Below are positions 46,422 to 58,196 of a DNA stretch of 64,000 nt, piece by piece. The notes under the pieces are model-generated. The model saw only the letters and a program-made list of their open reading frames with translations, made no database searches and was not told where the DNA came from. The translations under genes and the position numbers were made by a program. How positions within the stretch are numbered: the stretch's first letter is position 1; the number at the start of each line of letters is the position of its first letter. Source of the DNA: Candidatus Latescibacterota bacterium (GTDB lineage: Bacteria; Latescibacterota; UBA2968); NCBI GenBank assembly GCA_965205975.1, contig OZ242195.1, positions 3,712,001-3,776,000 on the forward strand, written 5' to 3'.

Positions 46422-49400
46422 ATGGAAACAAAAAGCATCGTCGTAAAAGGTGCGCGAGTACACAACCTGCACAATGTAGATCTGACGTTGCCCCGACACG
46501 CGCTAATATGTTTTACCGGCGTTTCCGGTTCGGGCAAGTCGTCAATGGCTTTTGACACCATCTATGCCGAAGGTCAGCGGCGTTATGTAGAATCCCTATC
46601 GGCGTATGCACGTCAATTTTTAGGACAGATGGAAAAACCCGAAGTCGATCAAATTACGGGATTGTCGCCAACGATTTCCATCGAACAAAAGACCGCCGGG
46701 CGCAATCCCCGCTCAACCGTGGGCACAATGACCGAAATCTACGACTATTTGCGCGTATTATTTGCGCGTATTGGCACCCCCCATTGCGTACATGACGACA
46801 CGCCAATTGGGGTGCAAACGCGCGACGGCATCGTAGATCAGATCATGGCACTGGATGAAGGCACGCGCATTCACATACTCTCTTCTCTCGTACAGGGGCG
46901 AAAAGGGGAATACCACGACCTGTTTGAAAATTTGCAAAAAGAGGGCTATATCCGCGCGCGCGTAGATGGACAGATCGCGACATTGACCCAGACCCCGAAA
47001 TTGGAGCGCTACAAAAGACACGATATCGAAGTCGTAATTGATCGGGTTATCGCAAAAAAAACAATGCGAGGACGCATTGGCGAAGCCGTCGATGCCGGTC
47101 TCATAATGGGCAAAGGGGCGATCATCGTCAGCGCAGAAGGCGAAGATGATCTTTTGCTGAGTACGCACTTTTCCTGTCCCACATGTGGACGCAGCGCGCA
47201 GGAACCTGTGCCGCAATTATTCTCATTCAACAGCCCACAGGGCATGTGCCCCGGCTGTCGCGGTTTGGGCACGCGCTTTGCAATGGATCTGGCAAAAGCC
47301 ATTCCCAATCCCGAATTATCTGTCATGGAGGGCGCTATTGCGCCACTGGGCGTACCCAAAAATCGGTGGAAAGCTCACTATTACGCGGGCGTTTTGAAGC
47401 ACCATGGTGCAAATTTACAAACGCCCTGGAAACGCATCTCACCAGAGGGCCAACAAGCATTATTATACGGCATAGATGGCAAAATGACCTTTGAATGGCG
47501 CCGCAGCAATGGCAGCATAAAACGCCATCGCGATGGGTTTGAAGGTATCCTGCCACCGATGGAACGGCAATTTGCCGAAGGACGAAGCCCCGTAGTACGC
47601 AAACGTCTCGCACCCTTCATGCGCGTGGGCATGTGTCCCGTATGCGAAGGCACGCGCTTGAAACCCGAAGCCCTCTCCGTCAAAATCGAAGGACAGACCC
47701 TGCCCGATGTCACCGCGATGACAGTCGATCGCGCACACGCCTTTTTTCAAAGCCTCAAATTGACCGAGACTCAGGCGCGAATCGCCGAAGACGCCTTAAA
47801 AGAAATTCGCGGGCGATTGAAATTTCTCCTCGATGTAGGTCTCGACTATCTCACACTCAATCGCACGGCACCCACGCTATCCGGCGGTGAGGCGCAACGC
47901 ATTCGCCTCGCCAGCCAGATCGGATCTGGATTGGTCGGTGTAACCTATGTACTGGACGAACCGTCAATAGGTCTGCACCACCGCGACAATCGGCGATTGC
48001 TCGACGCCTTGTGCCACCTGCGGGACGTGGGCAATACCGTAATCGTCGTCGAACACGACGAAGACACCATGCGGCGCGCAGATCGCGTAATAGATTTTGG
48101 ACCCGGTCCCGGGCACCTCGGTGGTCGGATAGTCGCCGAAGGAACGTGGAAACAGGTAGCGAGAAGAACCCGCTCGGTAACGGGAGCTTATCTCTCGGGA
48201 AAAGAGAAAATAGCAGTGCCCGAAAGGCGCTCCGTATCGCATCGCAACTTATGGATTCGGGGCGCATCTCAAAATAACCTCAAAAATATTGATGTAAAAA
48301 TTCCCATCGGCGTATTTACCTGTATCACGGGCGTATCCGGATCGGGAAAATCATCGCTAATTGCCGATATTCTCTACCCTGCTCTCGCGCGAGAACTCAA
48401 CCGCGCAGAAACGGAAACAGGCGCGCACCGCTGCATCGAAGGCATAGACCTCCTGGACAAAGTCATCGAGATCAACCAGCAGCCCATCGGACGCACGCCG
48501 CGCAGCAACGCAGCGACATATACGGGTGTATTTGATCCCATTCGAAAATTATTTGCCGAGTTGCCCGAGTCAAAAGTACGGGGCTATAAACCCGGACGCT
48601 TCAGTTTCAACGTAAAGGGCGGGCGATGCGAGGCGTGTAAGGGCAATGGCGCAAACCTCGTCGAAATGGATTTCCTCGCCGACGTGTGGGTAACGTGTCC
48701 CGTGTGTGAAGGGAGGCGTTTTAATCGCGAGACCCTGGACGTCAAATACAAGGGCAAGTCCATTGCCGATGTGCTGGCGATGGAAGTCGAAGAAGCGCAT
48801 CTGTTTTTTCAGGCAATCCCCGGCATTCACCGCATCCTCCAAACCCTGATTGATGTGGGAATGGGCTACGTCAAATTGGGCCAGCCCGCACCAACGCTCT
48901 CCGGCGGTGAAGCACAACGGGTCAAGCTATCAAAAGAACTGTGCCGCAGAAGCACGGGTCAAACCCTGTACATCCTGGACGAACCGACGACGGGCCTGCA
49001 TTTTGCCGATATACAAAATCTCTTAAACGTATTGCATCGGCTCGCGGATATGGGCAATTCCGTGGTGGTTATCGAGCACAACCTGGACGTGATCAAAACC
49101 GCGGATTGGGTAATCGATCTGGGACCTGAAGGCGGCGAAGACGGGGGACAAATTATAGCAGAAGGCACACCCGAGCACCTGACGCAATCTCCCAACTCTC
49201 ACACGGCGCGCGCGCTTGGCGAAGTGCTATCGCGCACACCACCTGCACCTGAGAAAAACGGTAAGCGAATCGCCAATGGCCATGTGCGAACAATTGACGT
49301 TGTAGGGGCGAGAGAGAACAATTTGCAAAATGTGGATGTATCCATTCCCCGCGAAAAAATGACCGTGATCTCCGGCGTATCCGGATCGGGAAAATCTTCC

Positions 49401-52070
49401 CTGGCACTCGACACAATTTACGCTGAAGGACAGCGGCGATATGTCGAATCCCTATCCGCTTATGCGCGGCAGTTTTTGGGACAAATGCCCAAACCAAAGG
49501 TAGATCGCGTGATAGGCTTGTCTCCCGCGATTGCCATTGAACAAAAAGCCGCGAGCAAAAACCCACGCTCAACCGTAGGCACGGTAACAGAGGTTTACGA
49601 TTATCTGCGAGCACTCTACGCATTATTGGGCGACACCTATTGTCCAGATTGCGATGTATTGGCGGGCAGTCAGTCCGTGCAGGAAATTGTAGCGCGCGTG
49701 CTAAAAATGAAACGACGCCTCTACCTTCTCGCGCCCATAGAACTCGGCAAAGGCGAGGATTATACCAGTTTGATCAACCGCTTTCACCGCGAAGGCTACT
49801 TGCGCGGCAGACTCAATGGCGCAGTTTTCAACCTGTCAACCCCCCCAGAAATCGATTACAGACAGACTCACAGGCTCGAAATCCTGATAGATCGCGTAAT
49901 CGCAGAAAAAAAGAACCGCAAACGCATCGCGGACTCCATCGAAATCGCGCTGGATATCTCGGGAGGCATTTTGATCGTCGCATCGCCCGATGATAGCGAA
50001 GAAACGCGATTCAGCCAGTACCTCTCGTGCCCATCCTGCGGGCGCAGTTTTGAAACAATAACCCCTCAGCATCTATCATTCAACAGCTCCGAAGGCTGGT
50101 GTTTATCCTGCGAAGGACTGGGAACGCAGCGCGGCATGGGCATCCACACCCTGATCCCCGACACTCACAAATCACTATCCGAAGGCGCAGTACTCGCCTG
50201 GGGAAAAGTAGAACCGCACACACAAATAGGCAACATGCTATCAGCGGTCGGCAAAGCCGCGGGCTTTAATCTTTATACCCCCTTTGCACGCATCTCAAAA
50301 GAAGGGCAACATGCGATCTTATACGGTTTGGGCACGCGGTGGTTAAAAGGGCCTGGGCTAATCTCATTCCAATTCAAGGGCCTGTTTCCCACAATTGAAA
50401 CCCTCGTGCGGCAAGCGCCGCGTTTTCGGCGTCTAATGGGAGACTTTATCCAGGATGTCCCGTGTCCGTCCTGCAAGGGAACCCGTCTAAAGCCAGAAAG
50501 TACTGCGATAAAACTATTCGGCAAAACAATGCCCCAACTGGTAGCAATGCCCATCCGCGAGGTACGCACCTATTTCGACGCAATGGTATTAGAAGGACAG
50601 GCACGCGAAGCCGCCGCAGAGGTATTGCACGAAATTCAGAGCCGCCTGCGGTTTCTCGACGAAGTGGGCCTGGGATATTTGAACCTGGGACGGCGAGCAC
50701 CCACGCTATCGGGCGGCGAAGCCCAGCGCATCCGCCTCGCCAGCCAGATCGGATCCGGTCTCACCGGGGTACTCTACGTGCTTGACGAGCCGACAATTGG
50801 CCTGCACCAGCGCGACAACCACCAGTTATTGGCTGCACTGGCACAACTGCGAGACCTGGGCAACTCTCTCCTCATTGTCGAACACGACCGCGAGACCTTG
50901 AATCGGGCAGATCACATTCTGGACTTTGGGCCCGGCGCAGGCGTTGAAGGCGGACGCATCGTAGCCGCTGGCAATCCGCGCAAATTAAAAACCAACAACG
51001 GCTCAATAACCGCGCATTATCTCGCAGGCGATTTGCAAATCGAAGTCCCCGATGAGCGGCGAAACCCCGAACGGGGATCGCTTTGCGTAGTAGGCGCACG
51101 GCATAACAACTTAAAAAATGTCGATGTCTCATTTCCGCTGGGCACCTTGACCTGCGTAACCGGCGTATCGGGATCGGGCAAAAGTTCGCTCGTCAACGAC
51201 GTACTCTTCGGCGCGCTCGCCGCCCGCGTGAACCGCGCGCAAAAAGCCTGGGGAGAACACGACGATGTACTGGGATTAGAACGCATCGACAAAGTGATCA
51301 ACATCGACCAGACACCCATTGGCTATTCGCCGCGCAGCAATCCCGCGACTTATGTCAAAGTATTCGACAAAATACGCACCCTGTATGCCAGTCTGCCAGA
51401 CGCCCAGGTGCGCGGATTTAAAACCGGGCATTTCAGCTTTAATCACAAGCGCGGGCGGTGCGATGCCTGTGCGGGCCTGGGCGCGCGCCGTATTGAAATG
51501 CACTTCTTGCCCGATGTGTGGATCACATGTGAAAATTGTGGCGGAAAACGCTACAACCGCGACGTGATTGACATAACCTATAAGGGTGCGTCCATTGCCG
51601 ATGTCCTGAAAATGACAGTAGCCGAAGCCCTATCGCATTTTACCCATATACCCGGCATCCAGCGATCGCTCCAAACCCTTTTTGACGTAGGCCTGGGCTA
51701 TATCAAAATGGGACAAGCATCGACCACGCTCTCGGGCGGCGAAGCCCAGCGCGTGAAATTGGCGCGCGAATTGGCGCGACCGAGCACGGGCAAGACCGTG
51801 TATATCCTCGACGAACCGACAACGGGACTGCACTTTGCCGACATCCAGAAACTGCTCGACGTACTCAACCGACTCGTCAACGCGGGCAACACCGCAATCG
51901 TAATCGAACACAACCTGGACGTAATCAAAACCGCCGACTGGGTAATCGACCTGGGCCCAGAAGGCGGAGAAGACGGCGGCGATTTAATTGCTTGCGGCAC
52001 ACCCGAAGACGTGGTATCTGTCACAGCCTCGCACACCGGACGATTCTTGAAAGACACACTGAAGGAGTAA
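46422..52070 (+). CDS. uvrA: Excinuclease ABC subunit A, double length (two fused UvrA units)
   Basis: 1882 aa; four GVSGSGKSS Walker A, four LSGGEAQR, duplicated Zn fingers. Confidence 0.97.
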   Translation: METKSIVVKGARVHNLHNVDLTLPRHALICFTGVSGSGKSSMAFDTIYAEGQRRYVESLSAYARQFLGQMEKPEVDQITGLSPTISIEQKTAGRNPRSTVGTMTEIYDYLRVLFARIGTPHCVHDDTPIGVQTRDGIVDQIMALDEGTRIHILSSLVQGRKGEYHDLFENLQKEGYIRARVDGQIATLTQTPKLERYKRHDIEVVIDRVIAKKTMRGRIGEAVDAGLIMGKGAIIVSAEGEDDLLLSTHFSCPTCGRSAQEPVPQLFSFNSPQGMCPGCRGLGTRFAMDLAKAIPNPELSVMEGAIAPLGVPKNRWKAHYYAGVLKHHGANLQTPWKRISPEGQQALLYGIDGKMTFEWRRSNGSIKRHRDGFEGILPPMERQFAEGRSPVVRKRLAPFMRVGMCPVCEGTRLKPEALSVKIEGQTLPDVTAMTVDRAHAFFQSLKLTETQARIAEDALKEIRGRLKFLLDVGLDYLTLNRTAPTLSGGEAQRIRLASQIGSGLVGVTYVLDEPSIGLHHRDNRRLLDALCHLRDVGNTVIVVEHDEDTMRRADRVIDFGPGPGHLGGRIVAEGTWKQVARRTRSVTGAYLSGKEKIAVPERRSVSHRNLWIRGASQNNLKNIDVKIPIGVFTCITGVSGSGKSSLIADILYPALARELNRAETETGAHRCIEGIDLLDKVIEINQQPIGRTPRSNAATYTGVFDPIRKLFAELPESKVRGYKPGRFSFNVKGGRCEACKGNGANLVEMDFLADVWVTCPVCEGRRFNRETLDVKYKGKSIADVLAMEVEEAHLFFQAIPGIHRILQTLIDVGMGYVKLGQPAPTLSGGEAQRVKLSKELCRRSTGQTLYILDEPTTGLHFADIQNLLNVLHRLADMGNSVVVIEHNLDVIKTADWVIDLGPEGGEDGGQIIAEGTPEHLTQSPNSHTARALGEVLSRTPPAPEKNGKRIANGHVRTIDVVGARENNLQNVDVSIPREKMTVISGVSGSGKSSLALDTIYAEGQRRYVESLSAYARQFLGQMPKPKVDRVIGLSPAIAIEQKAASKNPRSTVGTVTEVYDYLRALYALLGDTYCPDCDVLAGSQSVQEIVARVLKMKRRLYLLAPIELGKGEDYTSLINRFHREGYLRGRLNGAVFNLSTPPEIDYRQTHRLEILIDRVIAEKKNRKRIADSIEIALDISGGILIVASPDDSEETRFSQYLSCPSCGRSFETITPQHLSFNSSEGWCLSCEGLGTQRGMGIHTLIPDTHKSLSEGAVLAWGKVEPHTQIGNMLSAVGKAAGFNLYTPFARISKEGQHAILYGLGTRWLKGPGLISFQFKGLFPTIETLVRQAPRFRRLMGDFIQDVPCPSCKGTRLKPESTAIKLFGKTMPQLVAMPIREVRTYFDAMVLEGQAREAAAEVLHEIQSRLRFLDEVGLGYLNLGRRAPTLSGGEAQRIRLASQIGSGLTGVLYVLDEPTIGLHQRDNHQLLAALAQLRDLGNSLLIVEHDRETLNRADHILDFGPGAGVEGGRIVAAGNPRKLKTNNGSITAHYLAGDLQIEVPDERRNPERGSLCVVGARHNNLKNVDVSFPLGTLTCVTGVSGSGKSSLVNDVLFGALAARVNRAQKAWGEHDDVLGLERIDKVINIDQTPIGYSPRSNPATYVKVFDKIRTLYASLPDAQVRGFKTGHFSFNHKRGRCDACAGLGARRIEMHFLPDVWITCENCGGKRYNRDVIDITYKGASIADVLKMTVAEALSHFTHIPGIQRSLQTLFDVGLGYIKMGQASTTLSGGEAQRVKLARELARPSTGKTVYILDEPTTGLHFADIQKLLDVLNRLVNAGNTAIVIEHNLDVIKTADWVIDLGPEGGEDGGDLIACGTPEDVVSVTASHTGRFLKDTLKE

Positions 52071-52073
52071 AAA

Positions 52074-53258
52074 ATGATTTTTCGCATATTGCTATCCGTC
52101 GCATTACTCTCTGCGAGCAGTGCCATCGCCGACCCTTCCAAAATCGCCTTTTGGAATACGCAGCGCAAAGGCGCCAATCAACAAAATGCACAACACCGTC
52201 CCGAATGGTACGTCGCAGCCAGAGAATTGGGATTGGACTATGTACGCCTCCTACCCGATGCATGGCCCGCCGAAGGCAGGGACTTCCTGATTGGCAATGC
52301 GGACAACTTCGAGGCACTCAACGAAACCGACATATCCCTATTGATCAAAGCACTCGACCAAGCCGAACGCAACGGGATCAAAGTCGTGCTCACAATGCTC
52401 AGCTTACCCGGCGCACGCTGGAAACAACTAAACAATGACAAGGATGATGCGCGGCTCTGGAAAGACAAAAAATATCATCTCCAGGCCTTCGAGTTCTGGC
52501 GCCAACTCGCCGCACACCTGAAAACACACCCCGCCATCGTGGCCTACAATCCCCTCAACGAACCACACCCGGACAAGGCATTCGGCTTTGATGCGCCAGA
52601 AGAAAAATTCGCCCAGTGGTTCAAGCGCATCCAGAACACGCCAGCCGACCTCAACCAATTCAACCGGGAAATGGTCAAAGCAATCCGATCCGTAGATAAG
52701 GACACCCCCATCATCCTCGACGGCTGGTTCTATGCATCTCCCAGGGCATTCGACTACAATCGACCCGTTGACGATGACAAGGTCTTATACGCCTTTCATA
52801 ACCCCGGACCCTGGCAAATGGTAACCTATCGCGTCAATAAAGGCAGATACGCCTATCCGAACCGCGTGCCCAAATCGTGGAACGGACCAACAGAATCCTG
52901 GACCATTGATCGCCTTGCGCAGCAAATGCACGCAGTTCAACAATTTTCCGAACAATACAACATACCCGCACATCGAATAATCGCCTCGGAATTCTGGTAC
53001 GACCGTCGCCTTGAAGGCGCGGCAGCATATATGGCCGACCTCATCGAAATCTATAACCAGCGCGACTGGCACTGGGCTTTTTATGCATTTCGCGGCAGCG
53101 GCACATGGACGGGACTCGATTATGAAATCGCGCCAGGTCAAAAAATGGGATGGCGTTACTGGCAGGCGATTGAACAGGGCAAAGATCCCGAACCTCTCAA
53201 ACCGAGAGGACCGAACCCCTTGTGGGAAATACTGCAGCGGCAGTTTGAAAAAAAATGA
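52074..53258 (+). CDS. Exported glycoside hydrolase family 5
   Basis: Signal peptide; VRL, LNEPH acid/base, ASEF nucleophile, W..Y. Confidence 0.88.
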   Translation: MIFRILLSVALLSASSAIADPSKIAFWNTQRKGANQQNAQHRPEWYVAARELGLDYVRLLPDAWPAEGRDFLIGNADNFEALNETDISLLIKALDQAERNGIKVVLTMLSLPGARWKQLNNDKDDARLWKDKKYHLQAFEFWRQLAAHLKTHPAIVAYNPLNEPHPDKAFGFDAPEEKFAQWFKRIQNTPADLNQFNREMVKAIRSVDKDTPIILDGWFYASPRAFDYNRPVDDDKVLYAFHNPGPWQMVTYRVNKGRYAYPNRVPKSWNGPTESWTIDRLAQQMHAVQQFSEQYNIPAHRIIASEFWYDRRLEGAAAYMADLIEIYNQRDWHWAFYAFRGSGTWTGLDYEIAPGQKMGWRYWQAIEQGKDPEPLKPRGPNPLWEILQRQFEKK

Positions 53259-53278
53259 ATCGGTTGTCCTGTCTTACT

Positions 53279-53629
53279 CTATCGTGTGATATACCTGGGA
53301 CGATTGATGGCTTCTGCGACCTGGATATGTGCTACATCCTCGGTTTTCGGACGTACGACGATATCGATGTCCCGGCCTAATGCCCGCAAGAAAGACAACA
53401 GACGCTCGATAGAAAATCCGGCCAATCGTCCATTCTTAAGTGCAGAGACTTTGGGTTGGTCGATACCGAGAACACCTGCGGCTTTTTTTTGAGTCCAACC
53501 CTTCTGTCCAATGATTTTATTAATTTGAATTGCCAGATTTGATTTTGCCAATTCCTCTTCTGGGCGATCAAATCCCAAATCCTTAAAAACATTGCCGGAC
53601 CCGACTGTGTAGTCTGCTTTTTCGCTCAT
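53279..53629 (-). CDS. XRE/HigA-type antitoxin
   Basis: GSGNVFKDLG, TQKKAAGVLGIDQPKVS, FSIERL. Confidence 0.92.
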   Translation of the reverse strand: MSEKADYTVGSGNVFKDLGFDRPEEELAKSNLAIQINKIIGQKGWTQKKAAGVLGIDQPKVSALKNGRLAGFSIERLLSFLRALGRDIDIVVRPKTEDVAHIQVAEAINRPRYITR

Positions 53630-53985
53630 ATTCTGTTTTCCTTTGCAATGTGTTGTGCAATCTGCAAACGTCTCTTTATCATATCCAGATCGCGTTTTGT
53701 TGTTGCGATACCGCGTTTTGATTTTTTTTGAAAGACGTGCAATACATAAATGTTGTCATCGATTTTTATTGCATAAACTGCTCGATAAGTGTTTGTTGCA
53801 TAATCGCTGACAATTTCAATGACGCCAGAAAAGCCCTTTAACGTCTTTGCTTTATGAGATCTTTCTCCAACTTCCTCCAGGTGAAGCGCGTGCCCAATTT
53901 CTCGTCTCACTGCGCCTGGAAGTTTCCGCAGGTCTCTTAGCGATGAACCGATCCAGATAATGGGTCTTTGTGGTTTTGCATCCAT
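53626..53985 (-). CDS. RelE/ParE (Gp49-like) toxin
   Basis: WIGSS..DL, GVIEI, YRAVY, YVLHVFQKKS. Confidence 0.92.
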   Translation of the reverse strand: MDAKPQRPIIWIGSSLRDLRKLPGAVRREIGHALHLEEVGERSHKAKTLKGFSGVIEIVSDYATNTYRAVYAIKIDDNIYVLHVFQKKSKRGIATTKRDLDMIKRRLQIAQHIAKENRI

Positions 53986-53990
53986 AATAG

Positions 53991-54016
53991 ATAATATGCT
54001 AAATTTAGCATATTAT
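53991..54016. promoter_or_regulatory. 26-bp perfect palindrome, putative antitoxin operator
   Basis: ATAATATGCTAAA|TTTAGCATATTAT, 5 bp upstream of the toxin ATG. Confidence 0.75.
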
Positions 54017-54055
54017 TGCAATAGAGATGATGTATTTTATTCCCAGGAGGTATTA

Positions 54056-54835
54056 ATGTCATTGTTTTCACTCGAAGGTCGCGTCGCCATAGTAACTGGA
54101 GCGGGGCGTGGTATTGGACGCGGTATTGCAGAGGGATTAGCTGCACAGGGCGCGAAAATCGTATGTGCTGCGCGCACGCGGTCTCAACTTGACGAAGTCG
54201 TAGCCACAATTCGACAAGCGGGAGGCGACGCGCTCGCTTATGAAATGGACATGAAAGACCTGAACTCCGTGCGCGGTGGCGTCGATACAGCACTCGAAAC
54301 GTATGGACAAATCGATATCCTCGTCAACAACGCGGGAATGAACATACGCGAGCCATTTGAAGACGTAACAGAAGAACACTACGACGAAATCATGGCCGTC
54401 AACTTGAAGGGCCTCTACTTCTTAACACAGACCGTAGTCAAACACATGATCTCGCGCAAACAGGGCAAAATCATCCACATCGGCTCTTTGACAACCGACT
54501 GGTCCTTGTCGCAAATTTCCGTCTATACCGCCACCAAAGGCGCCGTTGGACAACTCGCGAAAGCCCAGGCATTAGAACTGGGCAAACACAACATCCAGGT
54601 AAACACAATATGCCCGGGCTTTGTGGTCACGCCATTGACCGAGCGGCTCTGGGAAAATGATACAATGCGCGAATGGGGAGAATCCCGTCTGCCCATAAAG
54701 CGACTGGCAACACCTGAAGACCTCGTCGGCACAGCCGTATTCCTCGCCGCACCCGCATCGGATTATGTCACCGGACAATCCATCTACGTAGATGGCGGAT
54801 TCATGGCCGGCGAAGCCTGGCCCTTGCCGGAGTAA
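54056..54835 (+). CDS. Short-chain dehydrogenase (gluconate 5-DH/KduD-like)
   Basis: TGAGRGIG, NNAG, YTATK. Confidence 0.93.
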   Translation: MSLFSLEGRVAIVTGAGRGIGRGIAEGLAAQGAKIVCAARTRSQLDEVVATIRQAGGDALAYEMDMKDLNSVRGGVDTALETYGQIDILVNNAGMNIREPFEDVTEEHYDEIMAVNLKGLYFLTQTVVKHMISRKQGKIIHIGSLTTDWSLSQISVYTATKGAVGQLAKAQALELGKHNIQVNTICPGFVVTPLTERLWENDTMREWGESRLPIKRLATPEDLVGTAVFLAAPASDYVTGQSIYVDGGFMAGEAWPLPE

Positions 54836-54845
54836 AGGGGGAACA

Positions 54846-55844
54846 ATGGCACAATATGGCGTACAACAAGAGGACTTTCACGGACACGCGCTCTACGTAC
54901 TGCGCGATTTCGAAACCAATTGTGAAGCCCGGATCCTGCCCTCGGTGGGCAACAACTGCATCTCGTACAAAATCTCAAAAGATGATGGCCTGTTAGAACT
55001 CATTTACTCCCCACCCGATCCCGACACCTTGAAAGGCCGTGCCAGCGGATACGGCACCCCCATATTATACCCCTGGCCCAACCGCATAGACGGCGGCAAA
55101 TTCACATTTGAAGGCGTGAAATACCAGCTCCAAACCCCTGCCCCAGGCGAACACGCCTCTCACGGCTATGTCCACGAACGCCCCTGGCGCGTAGTCGAAA
55201 CTGGCACCGCAGAAGGTGCGTGGGTAACCAGCGTCTTCACATCAACGGACTTCCCGGAAATCGGCGCACACTATCCCTTCCCCTTTGAAGCGCGGGTAAC
55301 ATATCGACTGAAAGACAGAATACTACACCTCGAATTTGAAGGCACCAACGTCGGCGACAGCGACATGCCCGCTGGCCTGGGTATCCATCCCTATTTCCCT
55401 CTACCCCTCACTGAAAGTGGCAACCGGGATTTATGCACCGTGCGCATGCCAGTCTCAACGTACTGGCCCTTGCGCGACGACCCGATACCCACAGGAGAAG
55501 TACTACCCGTTGACGGCACGGTATTTGACGTACGCGAAAACACCCTTTTAAAAGACCGGTATTACGACAACGTCTGGTCCGGCGTATCTATAGCCGATGG
55601 ATGGAGCAGATGCGAGTATATCGACCCAACCGAAGGCGTAACCATCGCAATGGAAGCCAATGACATATTCCGCGAACTCGTACTCTACGCCCCCGACACC
55701 CGTCCCATCGTATGCTTTGAACCCTACACCTGTGTCACCAACGCCTTCAATTTGCAAAACCAGGGCATTGACGCGGGCCTGATACGCCTCCAACCCGGTG
55801 AAAAACTAACTGGAATAATGCGAATTTTAGGTGAATTATTGTAG
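54846..55844 (+). CDS. Aldose 1-epimerase family protein
   Basis: PWPNRI, HG, YPFPF, G.HPYF, CFEP. Confidence 0.92.
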   Translation: MAQYGVQQEDFHGHALYVLRDFETNCEARILPSVGNNCISYKISKDDGLLELIYSPPDPDTLKGRASGYGTPILYPWPNRIDGGKFTFEGVKYQLQTPAPGEHASHGYVHERPWRVVETGTAEGAWVTSVFTSTDFPEIGAHYPFPFEARVTYRLKDRILHLEFEGTNVGDSDMPAGLGIHPYFPLPLTESGNRDLCTVRMPVSTYWPLRDDPIPTGEVLPVDGTVFDVRENTLLKDRYYDNVWSGVSIADGWSRCEYIDPTEGVTIAMEANDIFRELVLYAPDTRPIVCFEPYTCVTNAFNLQNQGIDAGLIRLQPGEKLTGIMRILGELL

Positions 55845-55902
55845 GGGCGATCCCTTGTGGTCGCCCGCTAACGGCTGGGACGGCACAAGGGCCGTCCCCT
55901 AC
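55841..55902. repeat. Inverted pair of GTAG-type REPs (BIME-like)
   Basis: 55841-55866 gtaggggcga..tcgccc and 55877-55902 gggacggc..gccgtcccctac. Confidence 0.88.
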
Positions 55903-55926
55903 CGCTGATCGCTGAAAGCTTTTATC

Positions 55927-56520
55927 ATGACCGACCGATTACAACAACAAATCGCATTTCTCCTCGAAATCGATAAACTCAAGCAAATCATTCGGCAAAC
56001 CTATTTGCTCGACGAAACACGCAAAGAAAACGACGCCGAACACTCCTGGCATTTTGCCATGTTTGCGCTCATCCTCGCGGAATATGCGCCCGAACCAGTG
56101 GATATCCTGAAAGTAATCAAAATGGCACTGGTACACGACCTCGTGGAAATCGACGCGGGCGACACCTTTCTCTACGACGAATCGGGCAATGCCGACAAAG
56201 CCGAACGCGAAGCAAAAGCTGCCGACCGCATCTTTGCGCTCTTGCCTGCAGAACAAGGCACAGAAATACGCGCGTTATGGGAAGAATTTGAAGCAAAAGA
56301 AACGCCCGAAGCAAAATTCGCGGGCGCGCTGGACCGCTTCCAACCCTTTCTGCACAATTGCAACACCCAGGGACGCGCCTGGCGAGAGCACGGAATCACT
56401 GCCGACCGCGTCTTGCAAAGCAACAGTCATATCTCAATCGGCGCGCCAGTTCTATGGAACCGCGTACAGGAATTGGTTGATGAAATGGTCAATGAAGGAT
56501 ATATTGATCTTGGGAAATAG
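55927..56520 (+). CDS. HD domain phosphohydrolase (HD_3 type)
   Basis: ENDAEHSWH, HDLVEIDAGD, LDRFQP. Confidence 0.93.
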   Translation: MTDRLQQQIAFLLEIDKLKQIIRQTYLLDETRKENDAEHSWHFAMFALILAEYAPEPVDILKVIKMALVHDLVEIDAGDTFLYDESGNADKAEREAKAADRIFALLPAEQGTEIRALWEEFEAKETPEAKFAGALDRFQPFLHNCNTQGRAWREHGITADRVLQSNSHISIGAPVLWNRVQELVDEMVNEGYIDLGK

Positions 56521-56562
56521 AGGGGCTAATAAATCACACAGTACTCTATAAAATCGTTAGAC

Positions 56563-56793
56563 ATGATACGAGGTGATCATAAAGTGAACTGGGATAAATG
56601 CACAGCCGTCGAACGACATCCGGCCAAAGTGAGCGGAGCCTGGGTATTTCGTGGAACGCGCGTCCCTGTATATGCCCTGTTCGAAAATCTTCGAGAAGGT
56701 GCTTCCGTTGAGCAGTTTCTCGATTGGTTCCACGGCGTCGAAGAATGGCAGGTGAAAGCTGTTCTGGACCACGAAGCAAAGGCCATGAAATAA
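56563..56793 (+). CDS. DUF433 protein (antitoxin-type, orphan)
   Basis: SGAWVFRGTRVPV..LFENL..G...EQFL.WF; start may be GTG 56584. Confidence 0.88.
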   Translation: MIRGDHKVNWDKCTAVERHPAKVSGAWVFRGTRVPVYALFENLREGASVEQFLDWFHGVEEWQVKAVLDHEAKAMK

Positions 56794-56847
56794 CCCAGGT
56801 GATTACAAAGAAATTTCGATCTGATGCAACTCAAATAGAGGGGCGAA

Positions 56848-57066
56848 GTGATGCACAAGCCAATAAAAACAGAAGCAGATTACAAAGCCGCCCTCGCGCG
56901 TGCAGACGAGATTTTTGATGCAAAACCGGGAACATCAGAGGGTGAAGAGTTGGATTCACTCGTTACTTTGATTGAGCATTACGAAGATACAGCCTACCCA
57001 ATTGACCTGCCCGACCCAATTACGGCCATCAAGTTTCGGATGGCGCAGCAGGGGCTAAAGGACTGA
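56848..57066 (+). pseudogene. Truncated HigA antitoxin (N-terminal domain only, HTH missing)
   Basis: PIKTEADY..AL...L..LIEHYE...P.DP..AIKFRM.Q.GL then stop. Confidence 0.7.
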
Positions 57067-57068
57067 GC

Positions 57069-58196
57069 ATGAGAAGCAATCTCAAAAAAATAACTCTCAA
57101 GGGCTTCAAGACCATTCAATCGCTGGAGGATTTCGAGCCTGGTCGTTTGACGGCACTTATCGGTCCCAACAGCGTTGGCAAGTCCAACTTTATCTCCTTC
57201 TTTCACATGATGAGTTGGGCATTGGCCGCCCCGGGCAATCTTGAGCTTTTCGTGAGTCAACAAGGGGGTGCCAGTACCCTTTTGCACGATGGTCCCGCCA
57301 GAACCCGTGAGATAGAAACCGAAATAACACTTCAGACTGACGCCGGTGAAAACCAGTACGCTTTCAGGCTGGTTTTTGCAGCAGGAGATACGTTAATTTT
57401 CGCTGACGAGCGATACCGATTCTCTCGCTCCAAATACCCCACCATCGCAAAGTGGACCGAGACGAGAGCAGGCTACCACGATCCGCAACTCCCCATTTTG
57501 GCCGCAGAGGATACCACTGCCCGCGTCATTCGCGACATCCTGCGGAAAATCGTCGTATATCAATTTCATAACACGTCGGATACTGCCCGCATCAGAAGCA
57601 AGTGGTCAATGCATGATAACCGATGGCTGAAGGAAGATGCTGCCAATATCGCGCCGGTATTGCTTCGCTTGAGGGAGAACGACGGTAAGTGCTACCAGCG
57701 AATTGTAGATACCATCCGCCTGATCGTGCCTTTCTTTTCCGACTTTGAACTGGAACCGCAATATGACAGTCTTCTTTTGGGCTGGCGAGAAAGAAACAGC
57801 GACCAGGTATTCAGCGTATCGCAAGCATCGGATGGTATGTTGCGAATTATAGCACTCGTGACACTGCTCCTTCAACCAGAACAGGATTTGCCGGATGTTT
57901 TGATTCTCGACGAACCAGAACTCGGGCTGCATCCCTACGCCATTAACATAGTTGGGGGCCTGATACGCGCCGTATCAACCCGCATACAGGTCATTCTCGC
58001 TACACAATCCATGCCGCTGGTCGATTGCTTTGAGCCAGAAGACATCGTCGTTGTCGAACGCGACGGGCGCAGTTCTACTTTCAAGCGGTTGGACTCCGAA
58101 TCTCTGGGCGGATGGCTTGAAAACTATTCAATTTCCGAGTTGTGGGAAAAAAACGTATTCGGTGGATTATCGCCGAAATTCCTGAGTATGCAGTAA
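57069..58196 (+). CDS. AAA/ABC-type ATPase (AAA_21-like)
   Basis: IGPNSVGKSN, ASDGMLR, ILDEPELGLHP, ATQS, LWEKNVFGG. Confidence 0.92.
   Translation: MRSNLKKITLKGFKTIQSLEDFEPGRLTALIGPNSVGKSNFISFFHMMSWALAAPGNLELFVSQQGGASTLLHDGPARTREIETEITLQTDAGENQYAFRLVFAAGDTLIFADERYRFSRSKYPTIAKWTETRAGYHDPQLPILAAEDTTARVIRDILRKIVVYQFHNTSDTARIRSKWSMHDNRWLKEDAANIAPVLLRLRENDGKCYQRIVDTIRLIVPFFSDFELEPQYDSLLLGWRERNSDQVFSVSQASDGMLRIIALVTLLLQPEQDLPDVLILDEPELGLHPYAINIVGGLIRAVSTRIQVILATQSMPLVDCFEPEDIVVVERDGRSSTFKRLDSESLGGWLENYSISELWEKNVFGGLSPKFLSMQ

Noticed and set aside
46422..52070. uvrA duplication as an assembly artefact
   Set aside because: The halves are substantially diverged in DNA and protein and are joined in frame
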